Positions 49,617 to 59,935 of a stretch of 64,000 nt of DNA are shown piece by piece. The position numbers and the translations under genes were made by a program. Within the stretch, counting starts at the first letter, position 1, and the number at the start of each line of letters is the position of its first letter. The notes beneath the pieces are model-generated. The model searched no databases. It worked only from the letters and a program-made list of their open reading frames with translations, and was not told the origin of the DNA. This DNA is from an uncultured delta proteobacterium (GTDB lineage: Bacteria > Desulfobacterota > Binatia > HRBIN30 > BPIQ01): assembly GCA_963761335.1 (NCBI GenBank), contig CAVXGR010000018.1, forward strand, positions 96,001 to 160,000, written 5' to 3'.

Positions 49617-50615
49617 TCAGTCTGTTCCCGTCACCCAGCCGCTCGCCGGCGCGCCGTCTTCGATCCACAGTCGGATGATCTCGCGCAGCGACCTGTGGAG
49701 CCTGGGCCGGCCCGGCGGGCGCGGCATGCGCAGGCCGAGGCCGGGATCGTCGAGGTCGTTGTCGATCTTGTGGTAGAGCAGGCTGGTGGTGGGGTCGCCG
49801 GGGTTCACCCGCTTCCACCCACGGCTGAGGGCCAAGGCATTCTGCGGGTCGACGCCGACCAGATTGCTGTAAGCGGCGCCGGATTCGAGCAGGAGTCCGT
49901 TGGCCGCCAGATAGCTTTCCGAGTCGTGGCAGGTGCCCACGGCGCAGCTGGTGGAAAACACCTGCTTTTGCAGGCGATCAAAAGTGCTGGTGAACAACGT
50001 CTGCGGATCGCAGCCGTTTACGGTGTCGTCGGCGGGCACGCAGATCAGCTTGTGCTTGTCCGTATCGCCGGGTCCGATCAGCGGCTGTGGCGCGGTGAAG
50101 AGCTGCAGAATCTTCTTGTTGGGCCGGCAGTGATTCCTGCTTCCCGGCGGGCGGCCGGTGGGCCCCTTGATGCGCACGCGGATGTTGACGACGCTCGTGC
50201 AAACGTCGGCAGCGGCGGTCGGCGGAGCGATGTCGCTGTCGATCGCCGTCTGCAGGGCTAGAAAGTCGGTGTCGAAATCGGGGTCCGTGCCGTTGTCGAT
50301 GCCGTGGGCGACGTCGATCGAGGAGATGGCGCCCGAGGTGCAGTGCGTCGGATCGAAGGTGCTGTTGGCACACACCGATACGGCAAAGGTGCAGACGCCG
50401 TCGACGACGCCGTCGGCATCGCAGGTCGGATCGCCGTCGACGCAGCGGATGTGGCGCGGGTTGTTCTTGGGACGATTGGCGTTCGCCTTGAGGGTGGCGT
50501 AGCAGTCGCGGTTCTTCGGTCCGCCGCCGTGGACCTCGATGAGGGGATCGTTGGCGCGGGCAGTTGCCGGCAAAAGCGCCGACGTAAACAAAAACACAAC
50601 CAGGGCGGTGCGCAT
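49617..50615 (-). CDS. Secreted Cys-rich protein with C-terminal cytochrome c-like domain (CX4CH)
   Basis: Signal MRTALVVFLFTSALLPATARA; VFSTSCAVGTCH, RVNPGDP..SLLYHKI, RMP, IRLWIEDGA. Confidence 0.7.
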   Translation of the reverse strand: MRTALVVFLFTSALLPATARANDPLIEVHGGGPKNRDCYATLKANANRPKNNPRHIRCVDGDPTCDADGVVDGVCTFAVSVCANSTFDPTHCTSGAISSIDVAHGIDNGTDPDFDTDFLALQTAIDSDIAPPTAAADVCTSVVNIRVRIKGPTGRPPGSRNHCRPNKKILQLFTAPQPLIGPGDTDKHKLICVPADDTVNGCDPQTLFTSTFDRLQKQVFSTSCAVGTCHDSESYLAANGLLLESGAAYSNLVGVDPQNALALSRGWKRVNPGDPTTSLLYHKIDNDLDDPGLGLRMPRPPGRPRLHRSLREIIRLWIEDGAPASGWVTGTD

Positions 50616-50774
50616 CCGGGGTCCTTTCGCGATCGATGAAGCGCTCTCATTCAAGCACAGGAGGAAATACAATCAACCGAAATCTCCCTGCACGAAAGCG
50701 TCAGGAATATGCCTCTATGTGAGCAATTCGGCCAATTTCATCGCGGGTTTCGGGAGTGATTTCATCTCCCGGGT

Positions 50775-50880
50775 CCCCTCTCCCCGCATTTCCGCGGGGA
50801 GAGGATCAAGGTTCTTGGCGCTCAAAGAGATTGGAACGCTCACCCCGTCCCTCTCCCGCCGGCAATGCGGGAGAGGGAAC
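50775..50880. repeat. CCCTCTCCC...GGGAGAGGG hairpin repeats (REP-like)
   Basis: Two hairpins; ctctcccgccggcaatgcgggagaggg nearly matches 7210-7240. Confidence 0.55.
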
Positions 50881-51004
50881 CCACGCTCGCAGCGCCGCGA
50901 AGGCCAAGCGATCATCGTTGTTCATGGCTCGCATTCTGTGACTGACGTCCCCACCCGCTGCTCCGTTGACATGCTTGGGGGGCTCCCATACCGTCGCGGA
51001 CGTC

Positions 51005-52240
51005 ATGATATCCGTCCAGGAGGCACTGCGACTGGTCGTCGAGGATCTCGAGCCCCTGGGGAGTGAGCGCGTGATGCTGCGCTCGGCGCGGGGACGCGTC
51101 CTCGCCGAGCCGGTGGTGGCGCTGCGGGACGTGCCGCCATTTCGCAACTCGGCGATGGACGGCTATGCGGTGCGCGCCGCCGACGTGGAGAGCGCCGCCA
51201 CTGCGCCGGTGGGGCTGCGCATCCTGGAAACCGTCGGGGCCGGCTCGGCGCCGACACGGAGCGTCGAGCCGGGCAGCGCCACCAAGATCATGACCGGATC
51301 GCCGATGCCGTCCGGCGCCGATGCGGTGGTCAAGGTCGAGGACACCACGGAGGCGGATGGCCGGGTTCTGGTGCGCGCCGCCGTCGAGCCCGGGGCCAAC
51401 GTGCGTGAGCCGGGCGAGGACATGCGCAGCGGCGAGGCCGTGCTCGATGCCGGCCGCTGTCTGCGGCCGGCGGACATCGGCCTGCTCGCCTCTCTCGGCA
51501 TCGCCGGTCTTCTGGTGCACCGTCGTCCCCGCGTCGCCATCCTCTCCACCGGCGACGAGCTGGTCGATGTCGGCGAGCCCTTGGGGCCGGGGCAGATCGT
51601 CAACAGCAATGCGTACACCCTGGCCGCGGCCGTGGAGGAGGCCGGAGCCGAGGCCGTGGTGCTCGGCATCGCCCGCGATCAGCCGGAGACCCTGCGCGCC
51701 GCGCTGGCTTCGGCGCTCACCGCCGACGTGGTGCTGTCGACCGGCGGCGTCTCGGTGGGGAGCTTCGACTACGTGCGACGCGTGCAGGCAGAGCTGGGGG
51801 TTTGCGAGAAGTTCTGGCGCGTGTCGCAGAAGCCGGGCAAGCCGCTGAGCTACGGGCTCCACGGCTCCACTCCCGTCTTCGGCTTGCCCGGGAATCCGGT
51901 CTCGACTCTGGTGTGCTACTACATCTACGTCCTACCGGCGCTGCGGCGGCGCATGGGAGACGAGCGCCCGTACCTGCCGGCGGTGTCCGCCGAGGTGAGC
52001 GACGACATGCGCAAGGTGGCCGGGCTCACCGAGTTCATCCGCTGCGGCGTGAGCTGGTCCGCGGACGGCGGTTACCGGGTGCGCTCGACCGGCTCGCAGA
52101 GCTCCGGGGTGCTGCGCTCGATGTCCGCGGGGGAGGCGCTGGTGGTCGGCCCGCCGGAGCTGAGCGTGCTGCCGCGGGGCTCGACGGCGCGCGCCATTCT
52201 CCTGGCTCCCGGCGGGGCGGCCGCCGTGCCGCCGTTCTGA
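51005..52240 (+). CDS. moeA: Molybdopterin molybdotransferase MoeA
   Basis: PPFRNSAMDGYA, IMTGSPMP.GADAV, STGDEL, STGGVSVG, GLPGNPVS. Confidence 0.96.
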   Translation: MISVQEALRLVVEDLEPLGSERVMLRSARGRVLAEPVVALRDVPPFRNSAMDGYAVRAADVESAATAPVGLRILETVGAGSAPTRSVEPGSATKIMTGSPMPSGADAVVKVEDTTEADGRVLVRAAVEPGANVREPGEDMRSGEAVLDAGRCLRPADIGLLASLGIAGLLVHRRPRVAILSTGDELVDVGEPLGPGQIVNSNAYTLAAAVEEAGAEAVVLGIARDQPETLRAALASALTADVVLSTGGVSVGSFDYVRRVQAELGVCEKFWRVSQKPGKPLSYGLHGSTPVFGLPGNPVSTLVCYYIYVLPALRRRMGDERPYLPAVSAEVSDDMRKVAGLTEFIRCGVSWSADGGYRVRSTGSQSSGVLRSMSAGEALVVGPPELSVLPRGSTARAILLAPGGAAAVPPF

Positions 52241-52246
52241 GGCGCC

Positions 52247-52726
52247 GTGTCATTGCGGATCGGACACGGCTTCGACATCCACCGCCTGGTGGAGGGGCGG
52301 CCGCTGCGTCTGGGCGGCATCGAGGTGCCCTTCGACCGCGGTCTCCTCGGGCACTCTGATGGCGATGCGGTGTTGCACGCCGTCGGCGATGCCCTGCTGG
52401 GCGGGATCGGCGCCGGCGACATCGGCCGGCACTTCCCCGACGACGACCCGCAGTGGCGCGGTGCGGACAGCGCTCTGCTGCTGGCGCAGATCGTCTCGCT
52501 GGTCGGCGAGCGCGGCTTCGCGGTGGGCAACCTCGACGTGACCGTCCTGGCGGAGCGGCCGCGGCTGGCGCCGCATCTCGACGCCATGCGGGCGCGCCTC
52601 GCGGCCCTGCTTGGCGTCGCCGCCGAGCGGGTGAACCTGAAGGCGAAGACCATGGAGGGCCTCGACGCCGTGGGGCGGGGCGAGGCGATCGCCGCGACTG
52701 CCGTGGTGCTGCTGGAGAAGAGGTAG
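52247..52726 (+). CDS. ispF: 2-C-methyl-D-erythritol 2,4-cyclodiphosphate synthase
   Basis: RIGHGFDIH, GHSDGDAVLHA, GDIGRHFPD, NLKAKT.EGL..GRGEAIA. Confidence 0.97.
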   Translation: MSLRIGHGFDIHRLVEGRPLRLGGIEVPFDRGLLGHSDGDAVLHAVGDALLGGIGAGDIGRHFPDDDPQWRGADSALLLAQIVSLVGERGFAVGNLDVTVLAERPRLAPHLDAMRARLAALLGVAAERVNLKAKTMEGLDAVGRGEAIAATAVVLLEKR

Positions 52727-52757
52727 ATCAGTCTCCCAAAAGAACTGCCATTTTCGG

Positions 52758-52893
52758 TTCTCATCCCCCAGTTTTCATCCCGTCGTTTTCCGTTGTTCTG
52801 CGCGGCGGCAAAACCATTTCGCTGCGGCTTGCGCGTGACTGTCAGAGCGAACGGAAGACGATGGGATGAGAACCGGAATGAGAATGGAGAATG
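52758..52893. repeat. Second full copy of MITE-like inverted-repeat element
   Basis: ttctcatcccccagttttcatcccgtcgttttc ... gactgtcagagcgaacggaagacgatgggatgagaaccggaatgagaatggagaatga, homologous to 27365-27503. Confidence 0.75.
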
Positions 52894-52964
52894 AATGGCC
52901 TCCTCACGCCTCGTCGGGTGCAGCGGTGCAGCGGCGGGTTTGGCGGCACCTCCGTCTGATGCTG

Positions 52965-54734
52965 TCAGATGTCGATCACGACATCGCCACGCGGCCGCGA
53001 GCAGCAGATGAGGACGTTGCCCTCGGCGGGCGGGTCGAGCGGCTCGGGGTCGTAGGCGACGCTCCCGGAGACCAGCCCGCTCTCGCACGAGTGACAGACG
53101 CCCGTCCGGCAGGACCAGCGCACCGGCACGTCGCAGGCTTCTGCCAGCTCGAGCAGACTCCGATGCTTCGAGGGCGACCAGTGAACCGCGAGGCCGCTGC
53201 GCGCAAAAGAGACGAGCGGACCGCTTCCAGGGTCGTCGCTCGGCACATGAGGTGCGGGCTGCGCGCCGCCGACGACCCCCGGTGTCATCGCCTCGAGTCC
53301 AGCGAAGATCTCCGTATGGATCCGGTCCGGGGGAACGCCCCGCGCTGCAAGCCCGGCGGTCAGGTCGTGCATGAAGCGCGCAGGACCGCAGAGGTAGAAA
53401 TCGCCGTCGCGCGGCACCGCGAACGCGTCGAGCGTGGCGACATCGAGATGTCCCGCCGCGTCGTAGTCCTGCCCGAGCGTGTCGCCGGCGGCGGGCCTGC
53501 TGTAGCAGACGTAGCTCCGGCCGCGTGCGAGCCCCGCGACGAGGCGTCGCACGTCGAGCGCGAACGCATGGCTCTCGCGGTTTCTCGCGCCGTGGAGCCA
53601 CCAGACTTCGCGACCGGACCTCGAAGCGGCCAGCGCCTCGAGCATGGCCAGCACGGGCGTCGCGCCGATGCCTGCGCTGAGCAGCACGACCGGACCTTCG
53701 CCGGCGCGCAGGACGAAGCCCCCGCGCGGCGCGCTGACGTCGAGGACGTCGCCCACGCGCACGCGGCTCTTCAGATACGCCCCGGCCCTGCCTTGGGGCT
53801 CGATCTTCACGCTCACGCGATAGCCCTCGGCGGAGGGCGAACCCGACAGTGAGTAGCTGCGGTACAGCGGCGGCCGGCTCGGCTCGGGGCGCAGCAAAAG
53901 GACGATGAACTGGCCGGGCAGCGGCGTCGCGAGCGGCCGCTGGTCCGCGGCCCGTAGCCAGAACGAGAGCACGTCGAGGCTCTCGCGCTCGATCCGCGAG
54001 ACCTGGAGCGGCAAGAACCCCGGCGTCGTCGCGGTGAGGGCGGCGGTGGAGAGCCCGGCGTTGCCCGTCGTGCCGACCTGGCCCCCGCCGCCCCGCAGCA
54101 GCGCCTCGAACGACGCGCGCCAGCCAGCCGGCAAGGCGACAATGCGGAGGGCGCGCTCGAGCTCGGTGCGCGGATGGCCCGGCAAGTACAAGAGCGCGTT
54201 GATCTGCTCGACCGTCATGCGCTCTGGGCCTTCGGCGACCTTGACGATCGGGTCGCCGGCGCCGACCTCGCCTTCCTGCAGCACGCGCAGGTAGAACCCC
54301 GGCCTGCCACTCGAGGTCAACAGCGCCGCCATGCGCGGCTCGTTCATGCGGATGCCGACGCGGTAGCAAGTCACGCGCGGCTGGGTCACCTCGAAGAGCG
54401 CGGAGCCGATCCGGTAGCGGTCGCCGACGCACACCTCGTCATCGGGCAATCCCTCGATCGTGAAGTTCTCGCTGAGCTGCCCGTAGGCGAGGTCGGTTCT
54501 CCCGAGGCGCTTCTCCCAGTAGCGATACGACTCGATTTGATACACGAACACCGCGCGGTGCTCGCCGCCGTGGCCGCCGAGATCGCCCTGTCCGTCGCCG
54601 TCGACGTTGAGCCGTCGCACCATGCGCCGTCCCTGGACGGGGTCCTTCCAGATGCTCGTGTGGACGGTCTTGCCGTTCCACAGAATATCGCGCGGAAACC
54701 CGACGTTCACCGATAGCAGGCGCGCCATCGACAT
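52965..54734 (-). CDS. MOSC + FAD/NAD-binding oxidoreductase + 2Fe-2S ferredoxin fusion
   Basis: GDGQGDL..HGG..RAV, QPRVTCYR, RSYSLS, AGIGATP, YLCGP, WSCRTGVCHSC...LICC. Confidence 0.92.
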   Translation of the reverse strand: MSMARLLSVNVGFPRDILWNGKTVHTSIWKDPVQGRRMVRRLNVDGDGQGDLGGHGGEHRAVFVYQIESYRYWEKRLGRTDLAYGQLSENFTIEGLPDDEVCVGDRYRIGSALFEVTQPRVTCYRVGIRMNEPRMAALLTSSGRPGFYLRVLQEGEVGAGDPIVKVAEGPERMTVEQINALLYLPGHPRTELERALRIVALPAGWRASFEALLRGGGGQVGTTGNAGLSTAALTATTPGFLPLQVSRIERESLDVLSFWLRAADQRPLATPLPGQFIVLLLRPEPSRPPLYRSYSLSGSPSAEGYRVSVKIEPQGRAGAYLKSRVRVGDVLDVSAPRGGFVLRAGEGPVVLLSAGIGATPVLAMLEALAASRSGREVWWLHGARNRESHAFALDVRRLVAGLARGRSYVCYSRPAAGDTLGQDYDAAGHLDVATLDAFAVPRDGDFYLCGPARFMHDLTAGLAARGVPPDRIHTEIFAGLEAMTPGVVGGAQPAPHVPSDDPGSGPLVSFARSGLAVHWSPSKHRSLLELAEACDVPVRWSCRTGVCHSCESGLVSGSVAYDPEPLDPPAEGNVLICCSRPRGDVVIDI

Positions 54735-54995
54735 GCCCTCTTTTCGGCAACGTAGCCCGAGGGGGACGCGGCCGCAATCTCCACGAGCAGGAGCGAGCCT
54801 GCAAGGGCGGTGTCGCAGAGGCTTGCGGGGCGCCTGCGCTGTGAAGTCGCCGAAGCGCTCGAGCCTCAGCTAGTCTAGCCAGCCGCCGCAAGTCTGAGAA
54901 CTCGTGCGACGAACGGGGCCTTCGCTTACGAACCTCTGCGACTGCAAGTGGCGGGCCGAGTTCGCTTCGGCGTCTCAAGGCGATAACGCTCGAGC

Positions 54996-55475
54996 TCAGG
55001 TGAGTTGGCGGGTTGCGGTGTAGGCCTCGCGGTCGAACTCAAAGGTGCGGGCAAGGACCTGCTTCAACTCGGCGTACTCGGTGGCGAGAGCGTTGCTGGC
55101 CCGAAGGGCGTCACGAAACGCGAGTCGCTGGTGCCAAAGTTCGCTCTCGAAGGGGATGAGGTGAATGTGGTGGGTCCGTAGCTCAAAGGATGGCTTGCAA
55201 AACCAGTGCATCACCTCGGTCTTGTACTCCGCGTACTGGTAGCCGGCGCGACTGAGAACGTCCTTGGCGGGAGCTGACTCGGTCAGGGAGGCCACTCCCA
55301 CCATGACGTCGATGACGGGCTTCGCGCACAGGCCGAGGACCGCGGTGCTGCCCACGTGTTCGATGGGACCACGGAGCCATGGCCTGAGCAACTCCCCAAG
55401 GTAAGTTCTTTCAGTATTGAACTTGCCAACCCACGTTGGATCGTACGGTACGACGTAGACTCGCATCTCGCTCAT
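54996..55475 (-). CDS. GrpB/UPF0157 family nucleotidyltransferase-like protein (C-terminus possibly truncated)
   Basis: VPYDPTW, IEHVGSTAV.GL.AKPVIDVMV, RTHHIHL, LAFRDALR, EYAELK, DREAYT. Confidence 0.88.
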   Translation of the reverse strand: MSEMRVYVVPYDPTWVGKFNTERTYLGELLRPWLRGPIEHVGSTAVLGLCAKPVIDVMVGVASLTESAPAKDVLSRAGYQYAEYKTEVMHWFCKPSFELRTHHIHLIPFESELWHQRLAFRDALRASNALATEYAELKQVLARTFEFDREAYTATRQLT

Positions 55476-55610
55476 AGGTGCAGTCCAACGGCCTGGCTAA
55501 CGCGATGCCGTTCGGGGGCTGGGGGATGAGGCGCGGCCGGCCTTCGGCCGTCGCCTGGAGCGGCTGGTGCGGCCGGCCGACGCGCGCTCTCGCAGGCACG
55601 TCTTCTTCGG

Positions 55611-56174
55611 CTATTTCCCGTCGCCATAGAGATAATGGCGAAGCTGTCCCCGTAGCCTGCCGACCAGCGACGATCCGGCGGCGGCAGGACCCGGCGAGGC
55701 GCTCGGCGCATCCGCCGCCGGCACGGCGTCCCACCACACGATGTCGGCGGCCCTCAGCTGTGCGATCCGCTGAATCGCGGGGATGAGCTGTTGCGCGATG
55801 AGCTGACGATCCGGATCGGCTTGGAAGAGCACGTCGATCTGCGCCAGGCAGCTCTCCGGCCCGACCCCGAAGCTGGGTACCGGGATGGCCTCGGCCACTT
55901 CGTGGACCGCCTGCCTGAGGGCTGGACCGTCGATCTTGCCGAGCGCCGCGCGCGCCGTCGCCCGCGCTTCGTCATCCGGCGTGTCCGCGACGAAGGACAG
56001 GGACAGGTAGTGCATTTCGGATCCGCCACCCTTGGGGCGCGCGATGCGACACAGCCCCGAGACTGGTTGCTGCGCCTCGCGTTCGACGACGAAATCGAAG
56101 AACGCCACCATCTCTTCCCGGGCGTACTGGTCGACGAACTCTTGGATGATGTCGATGGGCTCTTCGCGCTTCAC
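55611..56174 (-). CDS. Hypothetical protein (start uncertain)
   Basis: GC-biased ORF with GGGAGG RBS before GTG; no recognised motif. Confidence 0.55.
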   Translation of the reverse strand: MKREEPIDIIQEFVDQYAREEMVAFFDFVVEREAQQPVSGLCRIARPKGGGSEMHYLSLSFVADTPDDEARATARAALGKIDGPALRQAVHEVAEAIPVPSFGVGPESCLAQIDVLFQADPDRQLIAQQLIPAIQRIAQLRAADIVWWDAVPAADAPSASPGPAAAGSSLVGRLRGQLRHYLYGDGK

Positions 56175-56283
56175 GATCTTCACCTCCCTGCCGAGACCGC
56201 ATACCGGAGTCCCGTGCAGCCGCATCATTCCTACTCTCTCGGGAGGAACCGTCAAGGATTTCATGATAGCCTCTGCCCCCATC

Positions 56284-57792
56284 ATGAGCCCGCATGCCCA
56301 GCCGCCCGAGCGCGCCGCGCCGCTCCCCAGCGCCGACGGTACGGCGCGATTGCAGCTCCTGTACGAGCTCGCCTGCGCGTTTGCGGCGCTGGTGGATCTG
56401 GATGCTCTCAGCGCCCTGGTGGTGGCGAAATGCCGCGACCTGCTCGACGCCGAGGGCGCCGCGATCCTGTTGCTCGACCCACAGCGCGACGAGCTGTTCT
56501 TTCCTTACGTTGACGACGCGGATCCGGCGGTGGCGGCGCGCCTGCTCCGCCTGCGCTTTCCGGCGGATCGCGGCATCGCCGGCGCGGTGCTGCGGGACGG
56601 CCGGGCGCTTCGCATCGACGACGTCGCCAACGACCCGCGCTTCTACGGCGGCGTCGACGCGCGCAGCGGGCTGGTCACCCGCAGTCTGCTGTGTGCCCCG
56701 CTCAACTCCCGCCAAGGCCGCATCGGCGTCATCCAGGTCCTGAATCGCCGCGATGGTCGGGGCTTCAGCGACGACGATCTGATCTTTCTGGAAACACTGG
56801 CGGCCAGCGTGGCCGTGGCCATCGACAACGCCCGTTTGTACACGCAGCTGAGAGCCTCGGCGGCGCAGCTCGCCGAGTACAATCGTACCCTCGAAGGCCG
56901 GGTGGATGAACGCACCCGGGATCTCCGCGACAAGAATCGCGAGCTCGAGGCCGCGCTGTTGCGTCTGACGACCGCGCAGCAGCAGCTCATCGTGCAGGAG
57001 AAGCTCGCCTCACTCGGAGCGCTCACCGCCGGGGTCGCCCACGAGATCAAGAATCCGCTGAACTTCATCACCAACTTCGCGCAGCTCTCGGGCGAGCTGG
57101 CCACCGAGCTGCGCGCCAGTCTGGCGCTTCACCGCGGAAAGTTGGACGCGGAGGTCTTGGCGGATCTGGACCAGACCTTGGCCGACTTGCAACAGAACGT
57201 CCGGAAGATCGATGAGCACGGAAAGCGCGCCGACCGCATCGTGCGCGGCATGCTCGCGCATTCGCGCGGCAAGCCCGGTACGCGGGAGGTCGCCGATCTC
57301 AACGCCCTGGTGGCCGACTACGTGAACCTCGCCTACCACGGGCTGCGCAGCCAAGACCCCTCTTGCCACGTCACCCTGCATGCGGAGTACGATCCCGCCG
57401 TGGGCGACGTTCCCGTCGTCGCCCAGAGCATCAGCCGCGCCTTCCTCAATCTGATCAACAACGCCTGCTATGCGGCCCGAGAGAGGCAGAAGAAGCTGCG
57501 TGACGCCGGAGGCGATGGAAGCTTCGCGCCGACCGTATGGGTGCGCACCAAGGACATCGGCGACGCGGTCGAGATCCGCATCCGCGACAACGGCGCCGGG
57601 GTTCCCGCCGCGATCCGCGAGAAAGTCTTCGAGCCTTTCTTCACCACCAAGCCCCCGGGCGCCGGCACCGGGCTGGGGCTCTCCATCACCTACGAGGTCG
57701 TCGTCAAGGAGCACCACGGCGAGCTGCGTGTGGAGTCGGAGGAAGGCAGTCACGCCGAATTCATCGTCGTCCTGCCCAAGCAGGCACCGTGA
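56284..57792 (+). CDS. GAF-domain sensor histidine kinase
   Basis: [69 protein letters not shown]. Confidence 0.93.
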   Translation: MSPHAQPPERAAPLPSADGTARLQLLYELACAFAALVDLDALSALVVAKCRDLLDAEGAAILLLDPQRDELFFPYVDDADPAVAARLLRLRFPADRGIAGAVLRDGRALRIDDVANDPRFYGGVDARSGLVTRSLLCAPLNSRQGRIGVIQVLNRRDGRGFSDDDLIFLETLAASVAVAIDNARLYTQLRASAAQLAEYNRTLEGRVDERTRDLRDKNRELEAALLRLTTAQQQLIVQEKLASLGALTAGVAHEIKNPLNFITNFAQLSGELATELRASLALHRGKLDAEVLADLDQTLADLQQNVRKIDEHGKRADRIVRGMLAHSRGKPGTREVADLNALVADYVNLAYHGLRSQDPSCHVTLHAEYDPAVGDVPVVAQSISRAFLNLINNACYAARERQKKLRDAGGDGSFAPTVWVRTKDIGDAVEIRIRDNGAGVPAAIREKVFEPFFTTKPPGAGTGLGLSITYEVVVKEHHGELRVESEEGSHAEFIVVLPKQAP

Positions 57793-57829
57793 GCCGCTCA
57801 GGTCCCATTCGGGAGGCTCCCGTCCGCTG

Positions 57830-59935
57830 ATGCGGCAGCGCGGCCTTGCCTTCAAGCTCAGCTTGCTGATCGTTGCCGGCGGCGTGCTCGTCCTGGCGTT
57901 GATGCTGGCCTACAACTATCGCGTCGTGCGCGCCATCATCGTCCGCAATGCCGGAGACAATGCCCGCACGCTCACCCTCGCCACGGTCAACCGTGTCGAC
58001 GCCGTGCTCAAGTCGACGCAGAAGGTGCCGCAGAGCCTCGCCAACGCCCTCGACGACGCAACCTACACGGAGGCGGATCTCACCAAGCTCCTGCGGACGA
58101 GCGTCGCAGAGAATCCGGAGGTCTATGGTGCGACGATCGCCTTCGAGCCGCACGCCTTCGATGCGCAGTCGCTCTACTTCGCCCCGTACTTCTACAAACG
58201 GAACGGCAGCATTGCCTTCACGCATCTCGGCAGCGACACGTACCGGTATTTTTCGATGGACTGGTACCGAATTCCCAAGGAACAAAACCGGGCCACGTGG
58301 ACCGAGCCATACTTCGACGAAGGCGGCGGCGGGATCATCATGTCCACCTACGCGGTGCCGTTTTACCGGTCGGTCGACGGAAGGCGTCGTTTCATGGGCG
58401 TGGTGACGGCCGACGTCTCGCTCGAATGGCTGCGCGACATCGTTTCGTCCATCCACCTCTCGCAGACCGGCTATGCCTTCCTGCTCTCCAAGAACGGCAC
58501 GCTCGTCACCTATCCCCGGTCGACGCTCGTCATGCACGAGACCATCTTCACTCTCGCCGATGCGCGCCACGACGATCGCCTTCACCAGATCGGCAGCGAC
58601 ATGATCAACGGCCGCTCCGGTCTCGTTCTCACGCACTGTATCGATTCCGTCGAGCCCTGCTGGCTGGCCTACGCCTCGGTCCCGGCAAACGGTTGGTCGC
58701 TCGGCGCCATGTTTCCGGAGAACGAGCTCCTCGCCGACGTCACCAGCCTGTACCGGACCATGGTCGTCTTGACGGCCCTCGGCTCTGTGTTCCTGATGGT
58801 CGTCGTAGTGGCCGTGGCGCGCTCGATCACCGGTCCGCTGACGACGCTCACGCGGGCGAGCGAGGACCTGGCGCACGGCAACCTCGAGAGCGCCCTGCCC
58901 GCCGTCGCCTCGAACGACGAGGTGGGGCGTTTGACCACCGCCTTCGGTCGCATGCAGCGCGACCTGAAGCGCTACATCTCCGACCTCGAGGAGACGTCGG
59001 CGGCCCGCGAACGCGCCGCCGCGCAGCTGGAGGAGTACAGCCGGACCTTGGAGCAGAAGGTCGGCGAACGCACCCGGGAGCTGCGCGACAAGAACGCGGC
59101 TCTCGAAACCACGCTGGCGCAGCTCAAGTCGACGCAGGAGCAGCTCGTCGTCCACGAGAAGCTCGCCTCGCTGGGCGCGCTGACGGCCGGTATCGCGCAT
59201 GAGATCAAGAACCCCCTGAACTTCGTCACCAACTTTGCCGTCCTATCGGCAGACATCGCCGATGAGCTGCGCGCCGTCGCGGCAAGTCAAAAGGACAAGC
59301 TGGATGCCGCATCGCTGGCGGACATCGGCGCCTTGCTCGACGATCTGCAGCAGAACGTCGCCAAGATCATCGAGCACGGCCGGCGCGCCGACGGCATCGT
59401 CTGCGGCATGTTGCAGCACTCACAGGCCACGCCGGGCGAGCCGCGCGAGCCGACCGATGTGAACGCCCTGGTGGCGGAGTACATCAGCCTCGCCTACCGC
59501 GGCATGCGCGGACAGAATCCGTCGTTCAACGTGGTTCTCGAAACCGAGTACGATCCGTCGGCCGGCACGATCGCGAGCGCGCCGCACGACCTCGGGCGCG
59601 CCCTCCTCAACATCGTCAACAACGCCTGCTATGCGGCCTACGAGAAATACAGAGCGCTCGGCGACTCGTTTGAGCCGACGGTCTGGGTGCGCACCAAGGA
59701 CCTCGGCGACCGCGTCGAGATCCGCATTCGGGACAACGGCAACGGCGTTCCCGAGGCGATGCGGGACAAGATCTTCAATCCGTTCTTTACGACCAAGCCG
59801 GCGGGGAAGGGCACCGGCCTCGGTCTCTCGATCACCCATGACGTCATTGTGCGGCAGCACCAGGGCGAGCTGCGACTGGAATCCGTGGAAGGGCAGTTCG
59901 CCGCGCTCGTCGTCGTCTTGCCCCGCGCCACGTGA
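57830..59935 (+). CDS. dCache + HAMP membrane sensor histidine kinase
   Basis: 2 TM segments, DWY..PK...[44 protein letters not shown]. Confidence 0.93.
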   Translation: MRQRGLAFKLSLLIVAGGVLVLALMLAYNYRVVRAIIVRNAGDNARTLTLATVNRVDAVLKSTQKVPQSLANALDDATYTEADLTKLLRTSVAENPEVYGATIAFEPHAFDAQSLYFAPYFYKRNGSIAFTHLGSDTYRYFSMDWYRIPKEQNRATWTEPYFDEGGGGIIMSTYAVPFYRSVDGRRRFMGVVTADVSLEWLRDIVSSIHLSQTGYAFLLSKNGTLVTYPRSTLVMHETIFTLADARHDDRLHQIGSDMINGRSGLVLTHCIDSVEPCWLAYASVPANGWSLGAMFPENELLADVTSLYRTMVVLTALGSVFLMVVVVAVARSITGPLTTLTRASEDLAHGNLESALPAVASNDEVGRLTTAFGRMQRDLKRYISDLEETSAARERAAAQLEEYSRTLEQKVGERTRELRDKNAALETTLAQLKSTQEQLVVHEKLASLGALTAGIAHEIKNPLNFVTNFAVLSADIADELRAVAASQKDKLDAASLADIGALLDDLQQNVAKIIEHGRRADGIVCGMLQHSQATPGEPREPTDVNALVAEYISLAYRGMRGQNPSFNVVLETEYDPSAGTIASAPHDLGRALLNIVNNACYAAYEKYRALGDSFEPTVWVRTKDLGDRVEIRIRDNGNGVPEAMRDKIFNPFFTTKPAGKGTGLGLSITHDVIVRQHQGELRLESVEGQFAALVVVLPRAT

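Noticed and set aside
52072..54432. Long Arg/Ala/Pro-rich ORFs such as 52072-54432, 38855-41110 and 19838-21880
   Set aside because: Off-frame or antisense ORFs typical of high-GC DNA overlapping well-supported genes; no motifs
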